Shown here piece by piece: positions 15,658 to 23,887 of a stretch of DNA of 24,000 bases (positions within the stretch are counted from its first letter, which is position 1; each line of letters begins with the position of its first letter). This DNA comes from Candidatus Saccharimonadales bacterium (GTDB lineage: Bacteria > Patescibacteriota > Saccharimonadia > UBA4664 > SCTI01): assembly GCA_035510255.1 (NCBI GenBank), contig DATKHK010000030.1, positions 3,345 through 27,344 on the forward strand. The letters are read 5' to 3'. The translations under genes were made by a program, and so were the position numbers. The notes under the pieces are model-generated. The model saw only the letters and a program-made list of their open reading frames with translations. It was not told where the DNA came from and did no database searches.

Positions 15658-17415
15658 ATGCTGAGCGTAGAGAGTGAAAAACAGATAGAGCAGTTGCTGC
15701 TTGAGCAAAAGATCATTCAGGTTAATCAGCTTGATGAGTTAAGGGCTCGGGCAGCTCAACAAGGTGAGCCGTTACTAAGCATTATCCAGCAAGCCGGCTT
15801 AATCGATGATGAGGCTATGGCCAAGGTTTCAGCTCAGGCTAGTGGCGTGCCGTATGCCAATCTTTCCGAGGTAACGGTGCCGCCAGAGCTGCTGGCGATG
15901 CTACCGAAAGAACTGGCCGAAAACTACCGGGCTGTCGTTTTCGGCAAGACCGGCGGCCGGATTGCGGTAGCCATGGTCGATCCCACCAATGTGCAGGCGG
16001 TGGACTTTCTGGCGCACAAGATTGATAAACCGATCGCAACCTTCATGGCCTCCCAAACTGCCATTGAGCATGTGCTCCTCCAGTACTCGGCCGAAATCGC
16101 CGCTGACATTAAGCAGGCGATCCAGAGCACTGCCGATGAGCGCACCCCCGGCGAGGCCAAAAAGGTACAGAACCTGGTACAGGATGCGCCGATCACCCGG
16201 GCTCTTAATACCATCTTGGAGTACGCTGCTAACGCACGGGCTTCCGACATCCATATCGAGCCGCGTGAAAAGGATCTGCGTATCCGTTTTCGGATTGACG
16301 GGGTACTGCTGGAGGCGATGCGTCTACCAAAATCGATTGAGCCGGCCCTGATTTCGCGGATTAAAATTCTCTCCAACCTAAAAATCGATGAACATCGCAT
16401 TCCCCAGGATGGCCAGTTTGTGGTGCGGGTGGGCAAAGCTGAGATTGACCTGCGTATCGCCATATCGCCAGTGGTCTGGGGAGAACAGGTGGTGATCCGG
16501 TTGCTTAATAAAGATAACTCGCTGTTGACCCTAGAAAAGCTCGGCTTTCATGGGCGGGCTTTCCGGGCTATCCTGGCTGGCGTCCATCGTCCGCACGGTA
16601 TGACACTGGCGACCGGCCCGACCGGTTCCGGTAAGTCCACCACGCTGTATGCACTGCTCCAGGCCATTAAGAGTGTCCAGATCAACATTGTTACTCTTGA
16701 GGATCCGGTGGAGTATAAGATGGAGGGTGTTAACCAGATCCAGGTTAACACCGACGTCGGGCTAACCTTTGCCAGCGGTTTGCGCTCGATCCTGCGTCAG
16801 GACCCCAACGTTATTATGGTTGGGGAGATCCGCGACCAGGAGACCGGTAACCTGGCCGTCCAGAGCGCGTTGACCGGCCATGTGGTGCTCTCTACCATCC
16901 ATACCAACTCGGCTGCCGGTGTTTTGCCCCGGCTCTTGGATATGCAGGTAGAGCCGTTCCTGGTGGCTTCTACGGTCAACGCTGTCATTGGCCAGCGCTT
17001 GGTCCGTCGCGTCTGTGATAACTGCAAGCAACAACGGCCGGCAACCGAGGCAGAGATCGAATCCATTCATCATACGCTGGAAGCTTTACTGCCTAAATCA
17101 GAGGGTGACATCAAGGTGAAAGAAGATTTAGGGTACGACTTCTTGCCATTAGCCGGTCAAAACGCTTATACTTTATATGAAGGCAAAGGTTGCAAGAAAT
17201 GCAAGGAGGGATACAAGGGGCGCGTGGGAATTTATGAGGTTTTTTCAATGAGCGAGGGAATGGAGCATCTTTTGAGCAAGAAGGCGACTACCTCTGAGGT
17301 GCAAACTCAAGCCCAGGGTGATGGCATGATAACCATGAAACAGGATGGATACCTAAAGGCGCTGAACGGGGTGACCACGCTCACCGAGGTAGCTCGAGTG
17401 GCGTCGGATACATAA
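15658..17415 (+). CDS. pilB: Type IV pilus extension ATPase PilB (GspE family)
   Basis: The protein has an N-terminal T2SSE_N-like domain, Walker A GPTGSGKST, Walker B/Asp box IMVGEIRD and His box GHVVLSTIHTN. The tetra-Cys Zn motif is CDNCK...CKKCKEGYKGR. Confidence 0.95.
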   Translation: MLSVESEKQIEQLLLEQKIIQVNQLDELRARAAQQGEPLLSIIQQAGLIDDEAMAKVSAQASGVPYANLSEVTVPPELLAMLPKELAENYRAVVFGKTGGRIAVAMVDPTNVQAVDFLAHKIDKPIATFMASQTAIEHVLLQYSAEIAADIKQAIQSTADERTPGEAKKVQNLVQDAPITRALNTILEYAANARASDIHIEPREKDLRIRFRIDGVLLEAMRLPKSIEPALISRIKILSNLKIDEHRIPQDGQFVVRVGKAEIDLRIAISPVVWGEQVVIRLLNKDNSLLTLEKLGFHGRAFRAILAGVHRPHGMTLATGPTGSGKSTTLYALLQAIKSVQINIVTLEDPVEYKMEGVNQIQVNTDVGLTFASGLRSILRQDPNVIMVGEIRDQETGNLAVQSALTGHVVLSTIHTNSAAGVLPRLLDMQVEPFLVASTVNAVIGQRLVRRVCDNCKQQRPATEAEIESIHHTLEALLPKSEGDIKVKEDLGYDFLPLAGQNAYTLYEGKGCKKCKEGYKGRVGIYEVFSMSEGMEHLLSKKATTSEVQTQAQGDGMITMKQDGYLKALNGVTTLTEVARVASDT

Positions 17416-17424
17416 GGAATTATT

Positions 17425-18480
17425 ATGAAAATAGAGCTAATGCTAGAAGAAGTCGTTAAAAAGGTCGCCTCAGATCTGCACATTCAGGTGGGGTTGCCGC
17501 CGATGCTGCGGGTGGATGGGGCGCTGACACCAATACGCGATGCGCCGGTACTCAAGCCCGAGGACGTGGAGCGTCTCGTGCTGTCGGTACTCGATGATGA
17601 GCAGCAAGCCATATTTGAAAAGGACAAGGAAATTGATACCTCCTTTAGCTTCGGAGAGTATGGCCGTTTTCGGGTGAACGCCTTTCATGAGCGCGGTAAC
17701 TGTGCTGCCGCCCTACGGCTGATTCCCACTAAAATCCCTTCACTCCAAGAACTCGGCCTGCCCAAGGTCGTCAGTAGCTTTGCTGATTTCCCCCGTGGGT
17801 TGGTATTGGTTACCGGCCCAACCGGTTCCGGCAAGAGTACTACTTTGGCCTCCCTGGTTGAAAAGATCAATAGTGAGCAGGCCAAGCACATTATTACCAT
17901 TGAGGATCCGATTGAGTACAGTCACCATTCTAAGAAATCAATCGTGGTTCAGCGGGAAATCCACTTTGATACCTATTCTTTCGGTAATGCCTTGCGCTCC
18001 AGTCTGCGCGAAGATCCGGATGTGGTGTTGGTGGGGGAGATGCGCGACCTGGAAACCATATCTTCGGCCATTACGTTGGCGGAGACCGGCCATCTCGTAC
18101 TGGCTACGCTTCATACCAATGGCGCCGCCCAATCCATTGATCGCATGATTGATGTCTTCCCGCCATTCCAGCAGCAACAGGTTCGGGTTCAGGTCGCCAG
18201 CATGCTGCAAGCCATCTGTTCCCAGCGGCTGGTGCCAAAGATTGCCGGCGGCCGCATTGCGGCGGCAGAGATTCTAGTGGTAACGCCGGCTGCCCGCAAC
18301 ATTATTCGTGAAGGTAAGACCCATCAGCTTGATTCGGTCATTCAAACCGGCGTTGAAGACGGTATGCAGAGCATGGACCGTACCCTGGTAAGCCTGATCC
18401 ATAACGGCACTATAACCTATGAAGAGGCCAAGAATGTGGCTATCGATATTGACGAGCTAGATCGGTTGATGCGCGCATGA
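17425..18480 (+). CDS. pilT: Type IV pilus retraction ATPase PilT
   Basis: The 351-aa protein carries SDLHIQVG.PPMLRVDG, GPTGSGKSTTLASL, IITIEDPIEY, VLVGEMRD and GHLVLATLHTNGA. It lacks an N-terminal GspE_N domain. Confidence 0.95.
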   Translation: MKIELMLEEVVKKVASDLHIQVGLPPMLRVDGALTPIRDAPVLKPEDVERLVLSVLDDEQQAIFEKDKEIDTSFSFGEYGRFRVNAFHERGNCAAALRLIPTKIPSLQELGLPKVVSSFADFPRGLVLVTGPTGSGKSTTLASLVEKINSEQAKHIITIEDPIEYSHHSKKSIVVQREIHFDTYSFGNALRSSLREDPDVVLVGEMRDLETISSAITLAETGHLVLATLHTNGAAQSIDRMIDVFPPFQQQQVRVQVASMLQAICSQRLVPKIAGGRIAAAEILVVTPAARNIIREGKTHQLDSVIQTGVEDGMQSMDRTLVSLIHNGTITYEEAKNVAIDIDELDRLMRA

Positions 18481-19739
18481 TTGATTTTGTCTATACCGCC
18501 CGGGACCTGGCTACCGACCAAATCGTTAAGGCAGAGGTTAAAGCCGAGAGTCCAGAAGCGGCCGCTAAGTTGCTGCTGGAGCGTAAGCTATTCCCAATTG
18601 AGGTCAAGCCCCGGTCTCAAGCAAATATTCTGACACGCTTTGGCATCCAGAGCGGCGTGAGCGCCAAAGACCGTGTGCTATTTACCCGTCAGCTCTCCAC
18701 GCTGATTAACGCTGGTTTGCCGCTCTCCCGGGCCCTACGTAGCGTGCAAGATCAGATTAGCCACGAACATTTTCGGGAGATTATCGAATCGGTGGTGGCG
18801 AGCGTCGAAGGCGGTTCTAGCCTTTCCCAAGCCTTTGCTCAGCATCCAAGAGTTTTTAATGAAATTTACGTTTCTCTCGTGGCGGCCGGTGAAACCTCCG
18901 GTACCCTCGATAAAACCTTACTGCGGCTGGCTGATCAGCAGGAAAAGGACGCCGCTATTGCCTCCAAGATCCGTAGCGCCATGATCTATCCGGCCATCGT
19001 GCTAGTACTTATTATTGGGGTGGTAATTCTAATGGTTGTTAGTGTGGTGCCCCAAGTATCCCAGCTATACCAAAGTTTGGGGCAGGCATTGCCGCTACCT
19101 ACCAAAATTCTCATCTGGTTGTCTCATTTCCTGACCCAGTATTGGTGGCTGAATGTCATTGCTTTAATCATTTTGGGCGTGCTGCTACGTAAGTTTACCT
19201 TTACCGAGGTCTTTCGTCGCTGGTCTGACCGCGTCAAGCTGACCGCGCCGGTTTTTGGCAAGCTTCTTAAGAAGGTTTATATGGCGCGGTTTGCTCGAAC
19301 CATGGCGGCATTATTGGGTAGCGGTATACCCATGCTGCAGGCCATGGACACCACGCGGCGGGCGCTGGCCAACCGCTGGCTCCAAGAAGATATGGATAGA
19401 GCGATTGTTTCAGTCCGCGGCGGCAAAGCGCTTTCAGAGGCGATTGCACCCAGCCATTACTTTATCCCACTGGTACCGCAGATGATCAGCATTGGCGAGG
19501 AGTCCGGGACGATCGATGAGATGATGGAGCGCGTGGCTAAGTACTATGAGGCTGAAGTTGACGAAGAGGTGGCCAATCTCTCTACCACGATTGAGCCAGT
19601 GATGATGGTAGTTCTCGGAGGGATTGTGGCGTTGGTGCTGGCAGCCGTGCTGGGTCCAATCTACAGCCTGGTGGGTTCAGGATCTATTACTAATTCGTCT
19701 AGTGGTGGCTCCTCAACTTCGAGCAGTAGCGGCCCCTAA
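18477..19739 (+). CDS. pilC: Type IV pilus platform protein PilC (GspF family)
   Basis: The start overlaps the pilT stop. Two GspF-like repeats are present (FTRQLSTLINAGLPLSRAL and FARTMAALLGSGIPMLQAM) with three TM segments. The C-terminal tail is Ser-rich. Confidence 0.95.
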   Translation: MIDFVYTARDLATDQIVKAEVKAESPEAAAKLLLERKLFPIEVKPRSQANILTRFGIQSGVSAKDRVLFTRQLSTLINAGLPLSRALRSVQDQISHEHFREIIESVVASVEGGSSLSQAFAQHPRVFNEIYVSLVAAGETSGTLDKTLLRLADQQEKDAAIASKIRSAMIYPAIVLVLIIGVVILMVVSVVPQVSQLYQSLGQALPLPTKILIWLSHFLTQYWWLNVIALIILGVLLRKFTFTEVFRRWSDRVKLTAPVFGKLLKKVYMARFARTMAALLGSGIPMLQAMDTTRRALANRWLQEDMDRAIVSVRGGKALSEAIAPSHYFIPLVPQMISIGEESGTIDEMMERVAKYYEAEVDEEVANLSTTIEPVMMVVLGGIVALVLAAVLGPIYSLVGSGSITNSSSGGSSTSSSSGP

Positions 19740-19747
19740 TAAAATGC

Positions 19748-19776
19748 TTGACAGCATAACTACTTTGCCTAATACT
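19748..19776 (+). promoter_or_regulatory. Sigma70-like promoter of the major pilin gene
   Basis: A consensus TTGACA (19748-19753) is followed by a 16-17 nt spacer and TAATACT (19770-19776). A strong SD, AAGGAGGTGA, lies at 19829-19838. Confidence 0.6.
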
Positions 19777-19845
19777 GAGAAGCAAGTAGTATATTAACTT
19801 AACAGTATCATTATTGATTTCGACAACTAAGGAGGTGAGAACCTA

Positions 19846-20268
19846 ATGTCTAGACTACGTAACAATAAAGGCTTCACGCTGATCGAATTGGTCATCGTGT
19901 TAGCGATCGCCGCGCTTATCCTAGCAGCGATTTTGCTGGCTGTTACCGGTGCCCAAAAGAGCCGACGTGACTCACAGCGTAAGACCGATCTAGGGCAGAT
20001 ATCGGCTGAGTTGGAGCAGTATGGCTCGAACAATTCTGGTAACTATCCGGCAACGCAAGCCGCATTCAATACCGCCTTTAAATCCGGTGCTTCATATAAT
20101 AATGCCAACTGGATTGATCCCTTAAGCGGCTCGGCCTATGACTTTGCGGGTGCCCAGGCGCCAACCACTGGCCAACCAGCCGGTATCGCTTATACCTTGG
20201 CTGGCCGTACCTACACCATTTGTATCAATCTTGAGGTAGGCGGTACGAACTGTATTAGCAACCAGTAG
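19846..20268 (+). CDS. pilA: Major type IV pilin
   Basis: The class III signal is MSRLRNNKG|FTLIELVIVLAIAALILAAILLAV, with Gly at -1, Phe at +1 and Glu at +5. A C-terminal Cys pair (CINLEVGGTNC) forms a D-region-like loop. The gene has its own strong promoter, SD and terminator. Confidence 0.9.
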   Translation: MSRLRNNKGFTLIELVIVLAIAALILAAILLAVTGAQKSRRDSQRKTDLGQISAELEQYGSNNSGNYPATQAAFNTAFKSGASYNNANWIDPLSGSAYDFAGAQAPTTGQPAGIAYTLAGRTYTICINLEVGGTNCISNQ

Positions 20269-20294
20269 ACGTTAGCTAACGGTCTCTGCCAAAT

Positions 20295-20317
20295 GCCGCC
20301 CTTCGGGGCGGTTTTTG
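20295..20317 (+). terminator. Rho-independent terminator after pilA
   Basis: CCGCCC, loop TTCG, then GGGCGG, followed by TTTTT (20312-20316). Confidence 0.8.
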
Positions 20318-20334
20318 GTTACCCTGATACCCTC

Positions 20335-20343
20335 TGATATACT
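20335..20343 (+). promoter_or_regulatory. Extended -10 element TGATATACT, 6 nt upstream of the pilD ATG
   Basis: The TGnTATACT match ends at 20343 and the ATG is at 20350 with no SD. This geometry fits a leaderless mRNA. Confidence 0.5.
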
Positions 20344-20349
20344 GGGGCT

Positions 20350-21150
20350 ATGCAAATTGCCATAACCATCTTCGTCGGCGCTATTGGCCTGATTGTTGGT
20401 AGTTTTCTAAATGTAGTGATACTGCGTTTACATGCTGGTAAGCAGTTCGCTAAGGGCCGGTCTGCATGTCCTCGCTGCAAGCACACACTCGGTATTTTAG
20501 AACTCATCCCGATCCTGAGCTGGATAGCCCAGCGTGGCCGCTGTCGTCATTGTGGTAAGCCGGTGAGTATTCAGTACCCGCTGGTGGAGGCGCTGACCGC
20601 CACCCTCTTTATGCTGGCCTACCTTTCGCACGTACCGGGCACCTATGGCAATCTCATTGTTCTGGGGTTGTGGTTCTATGTTATCGCTAGCTTTATCGTT
20701 CTAGCGGTCTACGACCTGCGCTGGTATCTTCTTCCAGATAAAGTGCTACTGCCAATCATTATTCCGGCAGTCGCTATCTTGATTGGTGAGGCAATGCCGC
20801 TAGCAGCACCAGCGGTCGCCTATGGGCCGGCTATAGCGGCCGTACTGGTTGGTGGCGTCTTTTATGCTCTAGCGGCCGTTTCGCGGGGGCGCTGGATGGG
20901 TGGGGGGGACATTAAGCTAGTCTTTGTCATCGGTTTGCTGCTCGGTTTGCAAAAAACCGCCGTGGCCATGTTTATCGCTTTTCTAGCCGCCGCCGCCGTG
21001 GCCATCCCTTTGGTTATTAGCAAGCGTAAATCACGCAAGGATTCGATTCCCTTTGGCCCGTTTTTGATTGCCGGCGCCCTGGTTGCTTATCTGTACGGCG
21101 CCCCGATTTTGCACTGGTATTTGGGTGCCAATGGCATCAGTTTATTCTAG
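20350..21150 (+). CDS. pilD: Prepilin peptidase / N-methyltransferase PilD (A24 family)
   Basis: The Cys motifs are CPRCKHTL and CRHCGKPVSIQYPLVE. The catalytic Asp regions are AVYDLRWYLLPD and GGGDIKL. The protein is polytopic. Confidence 0.95.
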   Translation: MQIAITIFVGAIGLIVGSFLNVVILRLHAGKQFAKGRSACPRCKHTLGILELIPILSWIAQRGRCRHCGKPVSIQYPLVEALTATLFMLAYLSHVPGTYGNLIVLGLWFYVIASFIVLAVYDLRWYLLPDKVLLPIIIPAVAILIGEAMPLAAPAVAYGPAIAAVLVGGVFYALAAVSRGRWMGGGDIKLVFVIGLLLGLQKTAVAMFIAFLAAAAVAIPLVISKRKSRKDSIPFGPFLIAGALVAYLYGAPILHWYLGANGISLF

Positions 21151-21206
21151 TTTTAGGCCACTTTTCAAAATAATCTACTAACTCCTGTTACAACAGATAC
21201 CGCTTA

Positions 21207-21215
21207 TGCTATAAT
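21207..21215 (+). promoter_or_regulatory. Extended -10 element TGCTATAAT, 9 nt upstream of the large pilin ATG
   Basis: The -10 is consensus TATAAT with an upstream TG. No SD lies before ATG 21225. Confidence 0.5.
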
Positions 21216-21224
21216 GCGGGTAAG

Positions 21225-23357
21225 ATGCGGTGGTTACAGCAAAATCGCGGGTTTACTCTAATTGAAGTGGTTATAGTACTGGCTATTTCCGCACTGTTGT
21301 TGGCTGGGGCAATAGCTGGCCGCGGTGTGCTATTCCAGAACTCGTCATTTGCCACTGCCATGGACGACGCCCAGAACACGATGCGCCAGATCCAAAATGA
21401 GGCCAACCAGGCAATTAGTCCGGGGGCAGGAGAGAGTGCCGAGGTTGTTTTCGGCCGTTTGGTTGAGCTTTCGACCTCCTTTGCTCCCCCCTCAACTATC
21501 CAAACCTGGACTTTGATTGGCACCGAGGATAATACCGGCAATGTCGTGGCGCTGGCCGCCTGCAATGAAGTTGACGGTACCTTCCAGGATGGCGTCTCCT
21601 ATAATCCAACCGGAAGCGACCCAAACGACCTGGCGCTTATCTTTACCCGCAATAATGACGTCAGCGGTACGACCGGACAGCTATTTGTAGCGCCATCAGG
21701 ATTCACTCCTGGGGTTGGCGGCGTCCTTTCTGGGAATACGGTTTCGGGAGAGCCGCCGGTTGATTGTAGTCCCGGCGCAGCTACCCCACCCCCAAGCACA
21801 CTGAATCTCTCCAATCCCTGTCCGGTCGGCACCTATGACCGGCTTACCGGCTGTATCATTCCCGCCCCCAACGCACCCACTGACCTCAAGGCTACCGATG
21901 CCGAAGACGCCACCGCTGATAGTAATGCTGCCAGCCCTGGCAATGCCATTACCACTGCAAGCCCCACCATTAATCTTACTGTTACTCTACCCCAAGCTCA
22001 GGCAGGGGCGGTGGTGACCTTATACAGCAATGGCGTGGCGCAGCCGGACGTAACCTTTGACTGTGCCGGTGGCACCGGCCCTACTTGTACGGCCAGTTAT
22101 ACACTTCCAAGCTACAATACCTTTAGCTTGACAGCGGAATGGTCTTACGACGGCAGTCCTAGCAGCACCGCCACCGCTCCGATTAGCGTCACCTATTCGA
22201 TACCGACTAGCTGTAGCACTAGCGCCGGATATGTCTGTGGGCTAACCGGTTTCTACTACTCTCCATTTAGCCCTCAACCGCTTATTACCACCATCATCGA
22301 TAAGCAAGTCGGCTGCGACCTGGACGGCCTTGGCTGCAATGACGCCGGGGATGGTCCGAGCAGGCCCAGTGATCCTAGCTCGTACAGCGACTTTACTACT
22401 ACCCTTAAGCAGCGCACCGATTCGCTGACTTCTGTTGAAAGCAGCACGGTTGACTGGAGCGGCCAGATCTACCTATCATCTGGCAGCCAGCAGGTCTGCA
22501 TTGATTCCAATAGTCCTGCCAAGCTCACGATTGGTAGCTATGCGCCGGTTGTCGGTACTGGTGGCACTACGCCGGTCTGCGGCACCTATATCGGGGCCTC
22601 TGCTGGCACCTGGGCCAATATCACAATTGCTTATACCGACACAACTACGGACACTCCATATGTCCGATTGGTTTCACCCGGTGGCACCATGTCGCAGACC
22701 GAGACATGCGCCGTTAGCCAATTTTTCGCTCCCACCGTCTGCGACACTTCACCGACCCAGTCGGATATCAATATCTGTGAGGAAGATGGTAACACGGAGG
22801 CTTACTTTGACAATCCTCCGCCGGATTTGCCCGGGGAGGAAGATATTTCGACCCAATATTATGTCTGCAGAGTTAATACCACCACCGTGCCCGGTTATAT
22901 GGACATCGCGGGATCGCGGCTACGTACTACCGCTGTGCCACCTCCTAATACGAGAACGGTGGGGTTAGCCAGTCCATCTACGCTCAGTACTAATGTTGCC
23001 TTGGCAACCGCACCGGCGCTGTCATACCACCAGCTCGTGCAAACCATCACCGCTCAGGCCAAAACTATTGTGCCACCGACACCGGTAGCTTGGGTTAATA
23101 CCGCCGCGGTCCTGCGGTCTATCGCTCGGGCGGTGGGGCCGGGGGATGCTGAAGCCGCCGGCGTAGCGGCCTGCGATAATAACATTCTTAACCCGGTTAA
23201 CTACCTGAATGCCACCTGCACCGACTTCACCAACGGCGGCAGCGCCTACCAGATTCCGATAAGTATCCCGGGTAACAATCCCAGCGCAACCACTCAGCAG
23301 GGCAACCTTATCATCAACTTCGACTCGAACACCATTAACTGGAGTTCCGGTCCGTGA
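21225..23357 (+). CDS. Large (710 aa) modular type IV pilin-like protein (candidate tip or adhesive pilin)
   Basis: The class III signal is MRWLQQNRG|FTLIEVVIVLAISALLLAG. About 650 aa of Cys-, Thr-, Pro- and Gly-rich sequence follow, including an Ig-like-looking segment (INLTVTLPQAQAGAVVTLYSNGVAQPDVTFDC...). Confidence 0.85.
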   Translation: MRWLQQNRGFTLIEVVIVLAISALLLAGAIAGRGVLFQNSSFATAMDDAQNTMRQIQNEANQAISPGAGESAEVVFGRLVELSTSFAPPSTIQTWTLIGTEDNTGNVVALAACNEVDGTFQDGVSYNPTGSDPNDLALIFTRNNDVSGTTGQLFVAPSGFTPGVGGVLSGNTVSGEPPVDCSPGAATPPPSTLNLSNPCPVGTYDRLTGCIIPAPNAPTDLKATDAEDATADSNAASPGNAITTASPTINLTVTLPQAQAGAVVTLYSNGVAQPDVTFDCAGGTGPTCTASYTLPSYNTFSLTAEWSYDGSPSSTATAPISVTYSIPTSCSTSAGYVCGLTGFYYSPFSPQPLITTIIDKQVGCDLDGLGCNDAGDGPSRPSDPSSYSDFTTTLKQRTDSLTSVESSTVDWSGQIYLSSGSQQVCIDSNSPAKLTIGSYAPVVGTGGTTPVCGTYIGASAGTWANITIAYTDTTTDTPYVRLVSPGGTMSQTETCAVSQFFAPTVCDTSPTQSDINICEEDGNTEAYFDNPPPDLPGEEDISTQYYVCRVNTTTVPGYMDIAGSRLRTTAVPPPNTRTVGLASPSTLSTNVALATAPALSYHQLVQTITAQAKTIVPPTPVAWVNTAAVLRSIARAVGPGDAEAAGVAACDNNILNPVNYLNATCTDFTNGGSAYQIPISIPGNNPSATTQQGNLIINFDSNTINWSSGP

Positions 23358-23887
23358 TCAACTTACAGCAAACCCGCGGCGATACGCTGGTTGAGGTGGT
23401 CATTGCCCTGGCGATTCTAGCGGTTACCTTTGCGGTGGCCTACAATTCTGCCAACCTCTCCTATCAGACTAGCGTCCAGGCTAGAGAGGGCACGGTGGCC
23501 GCCCAACTCTTAGAAGACCAAGCTGAAAAGTTGAGAGTCTACCGTGACCAGCAGGTCGCCGCCAATCTCGGTGGTACCAATGATATTTTTAGCGCCTTTG
23601 CCAGCGGGGGAGTCTATTACATGAACGCCAACGATCAGGTTACGCCAGGCCCATCCACCACCTGTACCGGGCTACCTTCCCAGAGCCAGTGCAGCGTAGC
23701 CATTGACATTACCAAGACCAGCTACGCAACCCAGCCATATCTCAATGAGATTCAGGCTCATATCATTGTGCAGTGGGACAGCCTGATTGGCGGTCTTCCT
23801 AACACCTCCGACCTAACCTATTACCTGACCGATACGCGGCCGGTGCCAACCATTTGTGATAACAGTTTGGCGGGGCAATGTCAGTGA
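23354..23887 (+). CDS. Minor pilin-like protein with an atypical Asp at position +1
   Basis: The GTG start overlaps the upstream stop (GTGA). The N-terminus is MINLQQTRG|DTLVEVVIALAILAVTFAVA, with Glu retained at +5 but Asp at +1. Four Cys lie in the globular part. Confidence 0.75.
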   Translation: MINLQQTRGDTLVEVVIALAILAVTFAVAYNSANLSYQTSVQAREGTVAAQLLEDQAEKLRVYRDQQVAANLGGTNDIFSAFASGGVYYMNANDQVTPGPSTTCTGLPSQSQCSVAIDITKTSYATQPYLNEIQAHIIVQWDSLIGGLPNTSDLTYYLTDTRPVPTICDNSLAGQCQ

